Positions 30,126-41,300 of a stretch of 64,000 nt of DNA are shown here, one piece after another; positions within the stretch are counted from its first letter, which is position 1, and each line of letters starts with the position of its first letter. The position numbers and the translations under genes are program-made. This DNA comes from Candidatus Bathyarchaeota archaeon (GTDB lineage: Archaea > Thermoproteota > Bathyarchaeia > 40CM-2-53-6): NCBI GenBank assembly GCA_963733055.1, contig CAVTBR010000001.1:704001-768000 (forward strand). Direction: 5' to 3'. The notes under the pieces are model-generated. The model did no database searches, had not been told where the DNA came from, and saw only the letters and a program-made list of their open reading frames with translations.

Positions 30126-31140
30126 CTACTTAGGTGAAGTTTTGTCGCCTTGCTTCGTTGTTCCTGCAAGAGGTACGGGGATCATCTGTCGCGCGTGTTC
30201 TAGTTCGCTCAGGATCAATGAAATTGCGTTTCCTTGTGGAACAATGATCTTCGCGTTGTCCTTCAAGGATGTCGCGATTGTATCAAGTTGCTTGAAGGTG
30301 ATCGCGGTGTCTTTGAAGTAGGTCGTTAGCGCTTCGTTACGCAGCCTAGTTGCTTCAGCGTCGCCTTCAGCAATTTTTATCGTCGCTTGCCGTTGACCCT
30401 CGGCTTCAAGAATTGCGGACTGCTGACTCCCTTCCGCGTTCTTGATTGCGGCTCGCTTGAAGCCGTCGGCCTCAAGTTCTTCGAGCGTTTGCTTGGTTCT
30501 GAGCGGCTAAGCGTAGGTTGTCGGCTTTGATGACGTTATTCATCGATTCTTGGATGTCGGGGGGAGGCTGGAGGTCTTTCAACTCCGCACGCATGATTTC
30601 AATCCCCCAGTCGGCGGATTGCTGAGATAGTTGATCCTTCAGTTCTGCATTGATTTTCTCTCGGCCAATGTTCGCTTCGCTCATTTCCATTGTACCAATG
30701 ATGTTTCGAAGAGTGGTGCGCGCGAGCATTTCGATCTGTGCCTCGAAATTATTCACGTTGTACTCGCTGGCCTTAACCGACTGCTCGTCAGGCTTGACTT
30801 TGAAGAATACAACCGCATCGACGTTCAGTACTACCTTATCCTTTGTTATGACCTGCTGAGGTTGGACTTGGCTCATGCGCTCGGTGATGTTAATGCGAAT
30901 AAGGCGATCGATCAATGGTCCGAGAAATGTTAGGCCAGGTTGAACGAATTTATGATATTTACCGTATCTTTCCACTAGGCCTCGTTCCGTGGGCCTAACT
31001 ACTCTCGCGCTTTTGCTCACAAGCCATAGGATAAGTACCACTATAAACAGCAGTGGAAGCCAAATCCAAGCAGCTGTGCCAACGTCTGGCGAAAGATTGG
31101 TCTGCGAAACCGAACTTAACTGATTCAGATAAAAGATCAT
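30126..31140 (-). CDS. SPFH/band 7 (slipin/QmcA-like) membrane protein; apparent frameshift near 30480
   Basis: TM helix, VRPTERGLVERYG, QQVITKD, TTLRNIIG. The next frame continues ELEADGFKRAAIKNAEG...AEG to TAG at 30126. Confidence 0.88.
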
Positions 31141-31390
31141 TCTTTACACCTGCGTGAGAGAATGCTCAGTTTCGAGGACATAAGAGCAGTCCCTAACAGT
31201 GGGTATATGACATCGACCGTTTCAAGGTCCCAACCAAAGTTCGACTTACAATATGCAAAATCTATAGAAAATGCAAGGGCGTTTCCCACCGAGGAACATA
31301 TCAAATCAGGATAAATGGGGCAGCGATCTTAAGTCTCGCGAATAAGGAAACCCCAATATTCCACGAATCCTTGTGCGGGCTTGAGTGTTC

Positions 31391-31678
31391 ATGTCGAAAC
31401 CGGATGATATTGGATTTAGCCCATTGGATGAGCTTGACCGTAGTGAAGCTCGCATTGTTGTAAAATTGGAGTTTAGGCGGTTTCGCAAGCCCGTGACTAT
31501 AATACAAGGTCTGCCGGACGCGCGACTTGCGGACATTGCTCGTGAACTCAAGCGCAAGTTCGGTGCGGGAGGAACGACGAAGGGCAATGAGGTTCTACTT
31601 CAGGGGGATCATCGGAATCATGTTAAAGACGAGTTGGTCAAGCTGGGGTTCCCAGCCGACCACATTGACATGATCTAA
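31391..31678 (+). CDS. sui1: Translation initiation factor aIF-1 (SUI1)
   Basis: RRFRKPVTIIQGL, ELKRKFGAGGT, LQGDHR. Confidence 0.92.
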   Translation: MSKPDDIGFSPLDELDRSEARIVVKLEFRRFRKPVTIIQGLPDARLADIARELKRKFGAGGTTKGNEVLLQGDHRNHVKDELVKLGFPADHIDMI

Positions 31679-31692
31679 GACGTTCGATTAAC

Positions 31693-32862
31693 TCAGGATG
31701 TTACCGAGTGGTGCCATCGGAGGATGTACTCCGGTAGTCTGAGTCCCCGTTCTCCAACCTTCTCGACAAGGTAGATTGGTAGTGGGCTTAGTGCGAAGGC
31801 GGTTTTGATGTAGAAGCTATTCGGTTTTCCTTCCACACCGTTGCCCTTTATCGTGAAAGAGAGATCGGATGTTGCGGCGATGGTGCTGTCGGGGTTTCCG
31901 ACAATTGAGGCGACGGTGGCTCCCATGCGCTTGAAGTTTTTGCACCACCCTGCAACAATCTCCGTCTCCCCACTATTCGAGATCACTAGCAGTACGTCGC
32001 CTGCCCGCGGTGCCGGTGTGTTTGATTCTCCGGCAACGTAGATCTGGTCCCCCATGGCCCGTTTCACATGCCCGATTCTAACGGCCGTCATGCGTGCCAC
32101 TTCTCGGCCGCTGCCCAACCCCACGAAGAAACATGAACGCCTTTGCTCTAACGCGTCCACAAGTGACTTGAAGAAATCTGAGGCGACGATCTGGTCCACC
32201 ACGGCCCCTATTTCGGTGAAGATTTGCTTGGATCGCCCTATGACGGTCTCCGCCGAAGCTTCTTCGTTGAGAGCTTCAGCAATTGCCTGAAAGAGCACTC
32301 CCGTTCCAAGTATAAACAAGTCTTCGAGTATTCCCGCGGTTCGAAACTCCTTGGACTCGGTGGGCGCTTCATCGGGTTCGCGCCCCTTCAGAACGAGGAC
32401 ATTGCCGTACTTGGTCCCAAGCTTACCGATTGGCGAGTCCCGCTCCGAGGTCAACACATCTATCCGAAAGTCTCTCGGGTTGCCATGCTGAGCAATGTAC
32501 ATTGCCAATTGTTGAGCATCCAGAAGGGGCATCATGGACTTTCCGCTCCCCGAATTGATCAGCAGGCACACCTCTCCGAATCTCTGTTTCAAGATAGGAG
32601 CCGCTTCAATCATCGTTCTGCCCGGAAAACCGATATCTCCTCTATCCAGAACGAGCTTACCGCGACTCATCTTAGCCATTTCACTGCACGCGATACTAAG
32701 CGCCCCTTTCGAACGCCCCTCTCCGGACGGCAGAATCACGCCCGCACCCATAATGTCATGATATAGCGCTTCAATTTCGGCGCCGTTGGCTTGTTCAAGG
32801 TTTTGGAAGATCCGGTTTACGAAAGTCATACTACTGATTTCTGATGGCAATTGATTGTTCAC
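31693..32862 (-). CDS. Tandem SIS-domain protein (6-phospho-3-hexuloisomerase-like)
   Basis: Two SIS halves: GEGRS...INSGSGKS and GLGSG...YVAGESNTP...GDVLLVISNSGET. Confidence 0.75.
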   Translation of the reverse strand: MNNQLPSEISSMTFVNRIFQNLEQANGAEIEALYHDIMGAGVILPSGEGRSKGALSIACSEMAKMSRGKLVLDRGDIGFPGRTMIEAAPILKQRFGEVCLLINSGSGKSMMPLLDAQQLAMYIAQHGNPRDFRIDVLTSERDSPIGKLGTKYGNVLVLKGREPDEAPTESKEFRTAGILEDLFILGTGVLFQAIAEALNEEASAETVIGRSKQIFTEIGAVVDQIVASDFFKSLVDALEQRRSCFFVGLGSGREVARMTAVRIGHVKRAMGDQIYVAGESNTPAPRAGDVLLVISNSGETEIVAGWCKNFKRMGATVASIVGNPDSTIAATSDLSFTIKGNGVEGKPNSFYIKTAFALSPLPIYLVEKVGERGLRLPEYILRWHHSVTS

Positions 32863-33095
32863 GACGCGCCGAGGCGCCCTTCACTCCTCATGTGACTCTC
32901 AAATATGTGGTTTCGCATGCGTTATCTGAAGAAACGGATACCCATGTGTTGGGTTTTGGGCAAGAAAATAGGTTCCTAAAACGAATATAATGTCACTACT
33001 TGACAAGAGATATTCTTTCTTTTCCAAGCACGGTAACTACTCTGACCTCTTAAGTACAATCCAATTCAGATTCGCATTTTGAGGTTCGTCTGAAC

Positions 33096-33638
33096 GTGAC
33101 GCAATCGCAAGAGCTTACCAACCAGACGACCTCGACTGTTCATCAATGGCAATCACAACTCAACGAGGTGCTCACTTCGAGCTCACCAGAATCAAAGCTT
33201 GCATTAGTTGGCCTAGGCCACCCCTTGCGCGGCGACGATTATGTCGGCAGCTGCATCATCAAGGGGATCATCAAGACGTGTGGCGGTGTGCGGTCTGGTA
33301 ACGTCTACTTATTTGACGCTGAAGATAACCTAGAACGCGCCATCACTAAACTCTCAAGAATCGGTCCGAAGCAGGTGGTATTCATTGATGCGTGCGAGAT
33401 GGGGGCTAAACCCGGCGAAACGAAATTACTGCCGATTGATGAAACTACCTATCCATTCTTCACGACCCACGGAATCCCCCTCAAAGTCCTAACGGAACGA
33501 CTTCTCATGGGGTGTAAAGTGTGGGTTCTGGCGATTCAGCCAAAGGAAACAGACTTTGGTGACGACCTCTCGCCCGAGCTTTGCGACACGGCGAACTACG
33601 TTTCGAGGTTTATTGGATCAAGGCTAGCGAAGGAGTGA
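33096..33638 (+). CDS. hycI: Hydrogenase maturation endopeptidase (HycI-like)
   Basis: GLGHPLRGDDYVG, FIDAC, FTTHGIPL, AIQP. Confidence 0.88.
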   Translation: MTQSQELTNQTTSTVHQWQSQLNEVLTSSSPESKLALVGLGHPLRGDDYVGSCIIKGIIKTCGGVRSGNVYLFDAEDNLERAITKLSRIGPKQVVFIDACEMGAKPGETKLLPIDETTYPFFTTHGIPLKVLTERLLMGCKVWVLAIQPKETDFGDDLSPELCDTANYVSRFIGSRLAKE

Positions 33639-33645
33639 AGGAAAG

Positions 33646-34068
33646 TTGTTTGAGCGATTAACCAAGTGGGCGAGGACACGTTCCCCATGGGTTTACCACA
33701 TAAACGCCTCCTCATGCAACGGCTGCGACATAGAGCTGGTCGCGAGCCTTACACCTCGTTACGATATTGAAAGATTCGGAGCGATTCTAGCGCCGAGCCC
33801 GCGACACGCCGACGTTCTAATAGTAACAGGAACGGTTAACGCCCAAACAAAGGACCGGCTGAAGCGAGTCTATGATCAGGTGCCAGAACCGAAGCACGTC
33901 ATAGCTCTAGGTGCATGCGCGGTATCGGGCGGCGTGTTCAAGGGATGCTACAACGCCGGACAGGGCATCCAGGATGTCATACCTGTTGACATGTTCATCC
34001 CAGGCTGCCCACCGCGGCCTGAAGCCATCATGTACGGAGTCTTGAAACTGCTGGGGGAAGTAAAATGA
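33646..34068 (+). CDS. Group 4 [NiFe]-hydrogenase small subunit (NuoB-like)
   Basis: SCNGCDIE, SPRHADVL, GAC..SGG, IPGCPPRP. Confidence 0.93.
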   Translation: MFERLTKWARTRSPWVYHINASSCNGCDIELVASLTPRYDIERFGAILAPSPRHADVLIVTGTVNAQTKDRLKRVYDQVPEPKHVIALGACAVSGGVFKGCYNAGQGIQDVIPVDMFIPGCPPRPEAIMYGVLKLLGEVK

Positions 34069-34547
34069 GCGAAAACTTGCTTGAGCAACTCCAAACCTAC
34101 GCATCTCAATCGAACAGCAAAGTCTCGGTCCCACGGAAAGGCGAAACTTTCATTGAAGTCAATCAAGATCACATTAAGGACTTCATCTCTCACCTGGTCA
34201 ACGACCTCAGAATATTCCACCTCCAAACAATAACAGGCCTAGATCTGGGCGAGAATATAGGAATCATCTATCACTTTTCGCAGGACAAGAACACGATCAA
34301 CGTTAAGAGCACCGTGCCGAAGGCTCAGTCAGCGGCCGCTTCAATCGTTGGCATTATTCCCGGCGCGATTTTGTATGAGATGGAAATTCACGACATGTTT
34401 GGGGTCACATTTACAGGAAACCCTTGGATGAACCAGAAACTCCTTTTACCAGACAACTGGCCCGACGACCTACCTCCTCCTCTTCTGAAAACTACGAAGC
34501 CAGCGGAGATCCGAAAACGATTACACTTGGAAGTCGAACAAAAATGA
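34065..34547 (+). CDS. NuoC-like hydrogenase subunit
   Basis: TITGLDLG, YEMEIHDMFGVTFTGNP, LPDNWP. Confidence 0.9.
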   Translation: MSENLLEQLQTYASQSNSKVSVPRKGETFIEVNQDHIKDFISHLVNDLRIFHLQTITGLDLGENIGIIYHFSQDKNTINVKSTVPKAQSAAASIVGIIPGAILYEMEIHDMFGVTFTGNPWMNQKLLLPDNWPDDLPPPLLKTTKPAEIRKRLHLEVEQK

Positions 34548-35812
34548 GCGATGAATCGAAGCGTAGGGAAGAGTCCGCAGGATTAATGGAGTTTTCAGTC
34601 GAGAACCTCGTTCCCTTCGGACCCATCCACCCAGCGCTGAAGGAACCTGAGTACTTCAAACTCATTCTCGAAGGGGAGAAGATCATCCAGGTCATTCCTA
34701 GAATCGGATACGTACACAGGGGCCTCGAGAAAGCCGCAGAATCACGCCCATGGGTGCAGAACATGTACATGTTCGAACGTACTTGCGGAATCTGCAGCTT
34801 CGTTCACAGCCTCTGCTATGGCCAAGCCGTGGAAGGCCTAACTATCTATGAAGTTCCTAGAAGAGCGAAGTACATTCGCCTCATCATAGCCGAACTGGAG
34901 AGAATTCATAGCCATCTGCTCTGGGTGGGGCTAATGGGGCATTGGGCAGGGTTCGAAACTCTGTTCATGTGGGTTTGGAACGATCGAGAAGTTATACTGG
35001 ACTTAGTAGAAGCCATTTCAGGAAACCGAGTCCACAAATCAATGAACGCGTTCTGCGGCGTAAGGCGTGACATGCCGGAGAACATGGAAGATCGAATCGT
35101 TGAACGTATGAAATTCATTACCGACCGAGCCCACTACTACCGAGAGATTATCGACACCGAAGAGACAATGCTAGCGCGGACTGAAAACGTAGGCAACAAG
35201 ATAAATCAGGAAACAGCTCAGAAACTCTGCGCCGTCGGCCCAATGGCAAGATACGTTGGGCTGCGACAAGACGTTCGACAAAACGACCCTTATGCAGCGT
35301 ACGACGAAGTTCCTTTCGACATCGTAACCCGCACCGAAGGCGACGTCCGTGCACTACTACGCCTCCGCCTAGACGAACTAATCGTTTCAGCGAACATGAT
35401 CAGTTACGCTGTGAAGCACCTTCCCGAGGGGCCGATTAGAGTCAAGATCGCACCCATCATCCCGGCGGGCGAACATTCATCCCACTGCGAAGCACCACGA
35501 GGCGAGATATTCTACTACGTGAAATCAACAGGTGGCCGAACCCCGGACCGTGTCAAGTCAAGACAACCAACCATGGCCAACATTCCAACGGCCCTTGAAC
35601 TCTTGAAGGGTCAGACACTTGCCGACCTGCCAATGGTCTTGACAGCAATCGACCCATGTTTTGGCTGCATGGACCGCATGTCATTCCTCGACACAGAATC
35701 GCACAAGCAGTGGACATGGTCAGGTGAACAACTTCGCCAGTATGGAATCAAACACTACTTCCCAAACCGATTCAACTCTCCAAACCCCTCAAAATTCAAG
35801 GAAGCCCACTAA
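34544..35812 (+). CDS. Group 4 [NiFe]-hydrogenase large subunit
   Basis: GPIHPALKEP, GYVHRG, ERTCGICS (L1), EAPRGE, DPCFGCMDR (L2) plus C-terminal extension. ATG 34544 overlaps the upstream stop. Confidence 0.93.
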   Translation: MSDESKRREESAGLMEFSVENLVPFGPIHPALKEPEYFKLILEGEKIIQVIPRIGYVHRGLEKAAESRPWVQNMYMFERTCGICSFVHSLCYGQAVEGLTIYEVPRRAKYIRLIIAELERIHSHLLWVGLMGHWAGFETLFMWVWNDREVILDLVEAISGNRVHKSMNAFCGVRRDMPENMEDRIVERMKFITDRAHYYREIIDTEETMLARTENVGNKINQETAQKLCAVGPMARYVGLRQDVRQNDPYAAYDEVPFDIVTRTEGDVRALLRLRLDELIVSANMISYAVKHLPEGPIRVKIAPIIPAGEHSSHCEAPRGEIFYYVKSTGGRTPDRVKSRQPTMANIPTALELLKGQTLADLPMVLTAIDPCFGCMDRMSFLDTESHKQWTWSGEQLRQYGIKHYFPNRFNSPNPSKFKEAH

Positions 35813-36202
35813 TTGCCACGCAGAAGACCTGGCGCAGCCATACCGGAAATGTTCCGGCAGATGCTCGAGAAACCAAGCACCGAAGCCTACCCCTACAAAC
35901 CAATCCAATTACCCGACCGCTTCCGCGGCAAACTCGACGTTGATCCCGAGAGGTGCACGGGCTGCCAGGTGTGTGCGGTCGTCTGCCCAGCGGGGGTCAT
36001 CACAATGATTGACAAGGGCACCAGAAAGGTAGGAGACAGAGAACTACCAGTCAAGCGCCCGCTCTTTGACCTATCAACCTGCATCTTCTGTGGCGAATGC
36101 GTCGACAACTGCGCCTTCAGAGCCTTGGAAATGACGAAACAATTCGAGCTTGCCACGCCAAACAAGGCCGACCTCATCATGAGGAAAGCGGTCGAGAAAT
36201 GA
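35813..36202 (+). CDS. 2x[4Fe-4S] NuoI-like subunit
   Basis: FRGKL, CTGCQVCAVVCP, CIFCGECVDNC. Confidence 0.92.
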   Translation: MPRRRPGAAIPEMFRQMLEKPSTEAYPYKPIQLPDRFRGKLDVDPERCTGCQVCAVVCPAGVITMIDKGTRKVGDRELPVKRPLFDLSTCIFCGECVDNCAFRALEMTKQFELATPNKADLIMRKAVEK

Positions 36203-36546
36203 CCGGCTTCGACATCATGACAGTCGGCGGCCCACTCTTAATCATCGTCGCTGATCTAATCATCTACCTACTTGTTGGAAGACTAGGGAAGAGGTCTTCG
36301 GGGAAGGGAGGCAAATTTCAACCATTCACCGGTGGTGAAGAAGAAATTGCCCCGCGAGGCACGTACAGCTCCGAACTATTCGTTTACGCAACTCTCTTCA
36401 TGATTGCGGAAGCCTTCGCCCTATTACTCGCGGGCTCCTTTGCGGCCGCATCCTACTTCTATCCGTTACTCTTCTTGGCGGGTGGATCCAGCGTAATTCT
36501 TGTCGTAACCTGGTGGCTTATGATCGTCGGAGGCCTGAGGCCCTAA
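36199..36546 (+). CDS. NuoA-like three-helix membrane subunit
   Basis: ATG at 36199; KFQPFTGGEE loop; YATLFMIAE. Confidence 0.75.
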   Translation: MTGFDIMTVGGPLLIIVADLIIYLLVGRLGKRSSGKGGKFQPFTGGEEEIAPRGTYSSELFVYATLFMIAEAFALLLAGSFAAASYFYPLLFLAGGSSVILVVTWWLMIVGGLRP

Positions 36547-37518
36547 ATGATTGCAACCCAACTCTTGGAAATTCTGCTGTTTCCGGGCCTAACATTTTTC
36601 GTTTGGATAGGATTCATCTTCGATTGGCTCGACCGGAAAACACAGGCGCGTATGCAATCGCGGAGAGGTCCTATTCTAGCGGGACCGTTCGGAATTCTAC
36701 AGCCGGTAGCGGACTTCTTCAAGCTTACTTCGAAAGAGGAGATCATTCCGGAGGTCGCTGACAAATTCGTTTTCTTACTCGGCCCGTCACTCTTCTTTTC
36801 CGCACCGGCAATCGGAACCATCTTCATCCCGGTACTAGGATCGCAAGCAATCGTCAGTAACGACTACGACCTTCTCTTCGTTCTCTTCATACTCGGATTT
36901 TCCGCGCTCATGGCCACTATGTTGGGCTACGCGGCAGGGGGAAGGTGGGCCATAATTTCGATCGGACGATTGGTTGTGCAGTACACCGGCTATGAAGTAC
37001 CATTAATCGTCGCCTTAGTAACACCAGCTCTATTGGCCCACAGCCTGTCGATCAGCGGCATTGTTGCTGCGCAACAGAATATTTGGTTCATAGTGCTGGC
37101 GCCCTTGAGTTTCTGTGTCTTCATCGTCGCAGCCTTAGCCGAATTGGAGAAACCTCCGTTCGATATTCCCAGCGCCAAGACCGAGATTGTTGGGGGTTGG
37201 ATGACTGAATTCTCGGGCAGGCCACTCGCTTACATCAAGCTCACAAAAGAGTTAGGTTACGCCTTTCTTTCCGCGCTTGCGGTGAGCCTATTCCTCGGTG
37301 GCCCACTTGGTCCCGTGCTTTTCGCTGACCCGGCTCTTCAGAGTATTCTTTACTTCATCTACTTCATCGTCAAGTTGTTTGCAGTTGGATTTCTAATTTT
37401 CACCATAAAGACGGCTTTAGCCCGAGTCAGGATCGATCAGGCCGCTCGATTGTTTTGGATGGTGATTACGCCATTGAGTCTGATTCAACTCGGGTTAGTC
37501 ATGGTGTTGAGGTGGTAA
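36547..37518 (+). CDS. NuoH-like membrane subunit
   Basis: RKTQARMQSRRGP, QPVADFFKL..KE, PFDIPSAKTEIVGG..TEFSG, RVRIDQ. Confidence 0.93.
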   Translation: MIATQLLEILLFPGLTFFVWIGFIFDWLDRKTQARMQSRRGPILAGPFGILQPVADFFKLTSKEEIIPEVADKFVFLLGPSLFFSAPAIGTIFIPVLGSQAIVSNDYDLLFVLFILGFSALMATMLGYAAGGRWAIISIGRLVVQYTGYEVPLIVALVTPALLAHSLSISGIVAAQQNIWFIVLAPLSFCVFIVAALAELEKPPFDIPSAKTEIVGGWMTEFSGRPLAYIKLTKELGYAFLSALAVSLFLGGPLGPVLFADPALQSILYFIYFIVKLFAVGFLIFTIKTALARVRIDQAARLFWMVITPLSLIQLGLVMVLRW

Positions 37519-37520
37519 GG

Positions 37521-38003
37521 TTGGCGACGGAAGTAGCGTTGCTCCTCTGCGCAGCTCTCCTAGTCGCTATCATTGCCGCCATTTTCTCGAGATCCATCTC
37601 AGTGACAATCATCATGCTGTTTTACGCTAGCCTCATTCTAGGTGTCATCTTCACAATCTACCAAGGGGTTGTGATAGGGGTCTTACACATCACTATGTTT
37701 GCCGGTGCGATGTCGGTAATGTTACTGACCGTTGTATTGATGACGGGAGAATCGAAACTAGACATCGGCAATCGCACGCTCGCTGCACTGCTCGCAGCCA
37801 TTACGTCCCTAATCGTTGCCGCATCATCCTACTCACTCTTCTCCGGCCCATCGTCCTTGCCACAATCAGCACCCCAGTTAACGGAAGGCACTCTGGCTTT
37901 CGTTTGGATGTTCAGGCCGTGGGACTTGCTGATTCTCATCATCATTTTCGCGGCTGCAATGATCGGAGTGGTCAACCTGCTTTCGAAGGAGGAACGCGCT
38001 TGA
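37521..38003 (+). CDS. NuoJ-like membrane subunit
   Basis: Five TM helices, FAGAMSVMLL, position between NuoH-like and NuoK-like genes. Confidence 0.75.
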   Translation: MATEVALLLCAALLVAIIAAIFSRSISVTIIMLFYASLILGVIFTIYQGVVIGVLHITMFAGAMSVMLLTVVLMTGESKLDIGNRTLAALLAAITSLIVAASSYSLFSGPSSLPQSAPQLTEGTLAFVWMFRPWDLLILIIIFAAAMIGVVNLLSKEERA

Positions 38004-38308
38004 TATCTGATCAAACGGTTTTCGCAACCGCGGCCACGGTCATATTCTTCCTAGGGCTCTTCTCAATGTTCTATTCACGGAATCTGTTGAAGACGATTGT
38101 CTCCTTCCAAATCGTCGTATTCGGGGCTAACCTCGCCCTATTCTCATCGGGCCTCGGCCACGTGTCCAATCTGATGGCCAACACGCTCGTTCTCTTTTCC
38201 ATAGTTGTTGGTGCGGGTGTCGAGGCAGTTGGCCTTGCACTCATCGTGCTAGTTCACAGAGCGTATGGAACTTTGGATCCTTGGAAGATTAAGAGGCTTA
38301 GACATTGA
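38000..38308 (+). CDS. NuoK/MrpC-like membrane subunit
   Basis: RNLLKTIVS, GAGVEAVGLAL...YGTLD; TTG overlapping the upstream stop. Confidence 0.85.
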   Translation: MISDQTVFATAATVIFFLGLFSMFYSRNLLKTIVSFQIVVFGANLALFSSGLGHVSNLMANTLVLFSIVVGAGVEAVGLALIVLVHRAYGTLDPWKIKRLRH

Positions 38309-41300
38309 TCGATTTCAATCAAATGGCTCTGCTAGGCACAGTGGGGTTGCCATTTTTCGGCGCACTGATAATCGTCGCGTTTAGAAATCATCCAAATGCA
38401 CGGGAATCAATCTCTCTGATCGTCTCGGTAGGGACCTTCCTTTGTGCGGTCTTCAATCTTCCACAGGTCTTCAATGGCCAGACCGTGGCGGTTACTCTAG
38501 CGGTCATGTCGTCTCACCCTGAGTTGCAACTGGTGCTGTGGGCTGATGGGCTTGGACTCATGTTCGCGAGTCTCGCCTCATTCCTTTGGATCATCACGAC
38601 GGTATACTCTACGGGTTACATGCGCGGGTTGAAAGAGCATTCGCAGGGTCGCTACTTCGCGTTCTTCGCGCTCGTGATCGGAGCGACGATGGGTGTCTCC
38701 GTTGCCGCGAATCTCTTAACTTTGTTCATCTTCTACGAAATCCTCACCATCTCAACCTACCCTCTCGTCGTCCACAATCAAACTGAGGAGGCGTTCAAGG
38801 CCGGCCGAAAATACCTCATCTACACCCTCGGCGGAGGAGCCTCTGTCCTCGTCGGAATGCTAGCCCTGCTGGGGGCGGGGGGCGGGTCAGCGATCACGTT
38901 CATGCCTGGAGGAAACCAAACGGTGGGCTCCATCCCCTTGGAATTCGCCAGGGTAGCCTTCGTGTTGCTCTTCGTTGGTTTCGGCGTGAAAGCCGCCCTC
39001 GTTCCGGAACACGGTTGGTTGCCAAGCGCAATGATAGCGCCCACACCGGTAAGCGGACTACTTCACGCGGTTGCGGTTGTGAAGGCAGGAGTATTCGGCC
39101 TTCTGAGAGTGCTGCTGTTTCTATATGGGCCGAACTTGATGCAGTCGCTTGGACTCCAGAACCTGGTCATAGCGGCAGCAGTCATAACCATCCTTGTTGG
39201 ATCCTTATTCGCCCTGACACAAGACAACCTAAAGTTGCGATTAGCATATTCCACCATAAGCCAACTGAGTTACATCATACTCGCAGCCGCAGTTCTCGCT
39301 CCCCTCGGCGTCAGCGTAGACGGTCGCAGTGCAGCCGTCATAGCCGCGGTCTTCCTAATCGCAGCCCATGCGTTCGGGAAACTTACGATGTTCTTCGTTG
39401 CTGGCGCAATCTCCGTGGAGACTGGGAAAACGAAAGTCTCTGAGTTGGATGGGATTGGTAGGAAAATGCCTGCAACGATGTTCGCGTTCTTCCTAGCCAC
39501 ATTGAGTATGGCGGGACTGCCTCCGTTAGCCGGGTTCGTTGGGAAATGGTACCTCTCGGTGGGGGTGTGGAATGGAGGATATTGGTGGATTCTCTTCGTA
39601 CTTGTACTCTCTGGAGTGTTGAACCTCGCCTACTTCATGCCAATCATCTTCCGAGCTTTCCTCGGTCCATTCGACGGAGTTCGGGCTGAAGCTCGCGGTT
39701 TCCTCCTCGGTCCCATCATCGCAACCGCGACAGGGACAGTTGCGCTGGGCATCTGGACGACGATGCCGTACGGCCCGCTGCAGATAGCGGGAAGAATTGC
39801 CGCAGCAGTTACTGGGGCCGGTATTGTCGCCACCGGAAGCTTTGCTGCGGGAGCTACAGTTCCGCCGTTCATTTTCTTCCTAATTGGCGGTCCAATGGTA
39901 GTTTGGCTATTCAGGGGAAGAGTGCGACAGGCACTTCTCATAGCTGTCGCGGCCCTCGCGCTGATCGACACAGTCTCCTTGCCTCATTCAACCGGATGGA
40001 CCTTACCGTTCATGGGCTACCAGCTGGTTCTGATGAAAGTTGACAACCTATCTTACTTGATGGGGGTCATCTTTGCTACAATCACATTCCTGGCGGTACT
40101 CTACGCGGCTGGATTCGCCAAACCTTGGATGCACATCTTTGCGATGCTGTACGCGGGAACATCACTGGGTGTTGTCTTCGCGGGGGACTGGATCACCCTT
40201 CTAATCTTCTGGGAGCTTATGGCGGTAACATCGTTACTACTGATATGGGAAGCGAGGGGTGAGGCTGTTCAGGCTGGGTACCGATACTTACTCTTCCATG
40301 GCTTCGGAGGTGCGATGCTCGCGGCGGGCATCACCCTACTTGTTCTCCAAGGAGCTACCCCCGCCATCGGCCCAATCACTGGGTTCTGGCCTTCACTCTT
40401 CATCCTCATTGGAATTGGCGTCAACGTGTGCATGATCCCCTTACACACGTGGCTTCCCGACACTTACCCGAAGGCGCATATCGCTGCGTCAGTCTTCCTA
40501 AGCGTCTACACGACGAAAGCTGCCGTGTATCTCCTCGCGCGGGCGCAACCCAGCACGGAACTCGTGGCTCTGATGGGGGGTGTCATGGCTGTGTATGGAG
40601 TGAGTTTCGCGGTTCTTCAGACAAACATGAGGAAGCTTCTCTCCTATCACATCGTTTCGCAGGTAGGTTACATGGTTGCTGGTGTTGGGTTGGCAAGTTG
40701 GCCGGGGATATCAACGCAGATAGCCCAACTTGCATTGGACGGAGCAATGGCACACGTATTCAACCATATACTCTACAAGGCGTTGCTCTTCATGACTGTC
40801 GGGGTGGTGATCTGGAAGACCGGTGAGAACACGCTGGACAAGTTGGGTGGACTCATGCGGAAAATGCCCGTCACCGCAATAGCGTTCTGGATCGCCGCGT
40901 TCTCAATTTCCGGAGTGCCTCTCTTTAACGGCTTCATCTCAAAGGGCATGGTTGTAACGGCCGCCCAGCAAAGCAACACGCTGCTCTTCGTACTCCTTGA
41001 GATCGCATCATTTGGCACGTTCCTCTCATTTCTGAAACTCGGATATTTCGCATTCCTCCGCCCTGGAACAGTTGAAGCCAGTGACCCCCCCCTGTTAATG
41101 AAAGCCGGAATGCTTGGCGCCGCTGCGCTTTGCATCGCGATCGGTGTGTATCCGCCGCTCCTCTACGCTATACTACCATTCGGTGGCTCCGGATACCAAC
41201 CTTTCGCACTCAACGAACTACTGCAAACCTCACTTGTCTTAGCCGCGGCAGCCTTGACTTTCTTCGTACTCGGACGAAAGTACCTGGCACCACATGAGAC

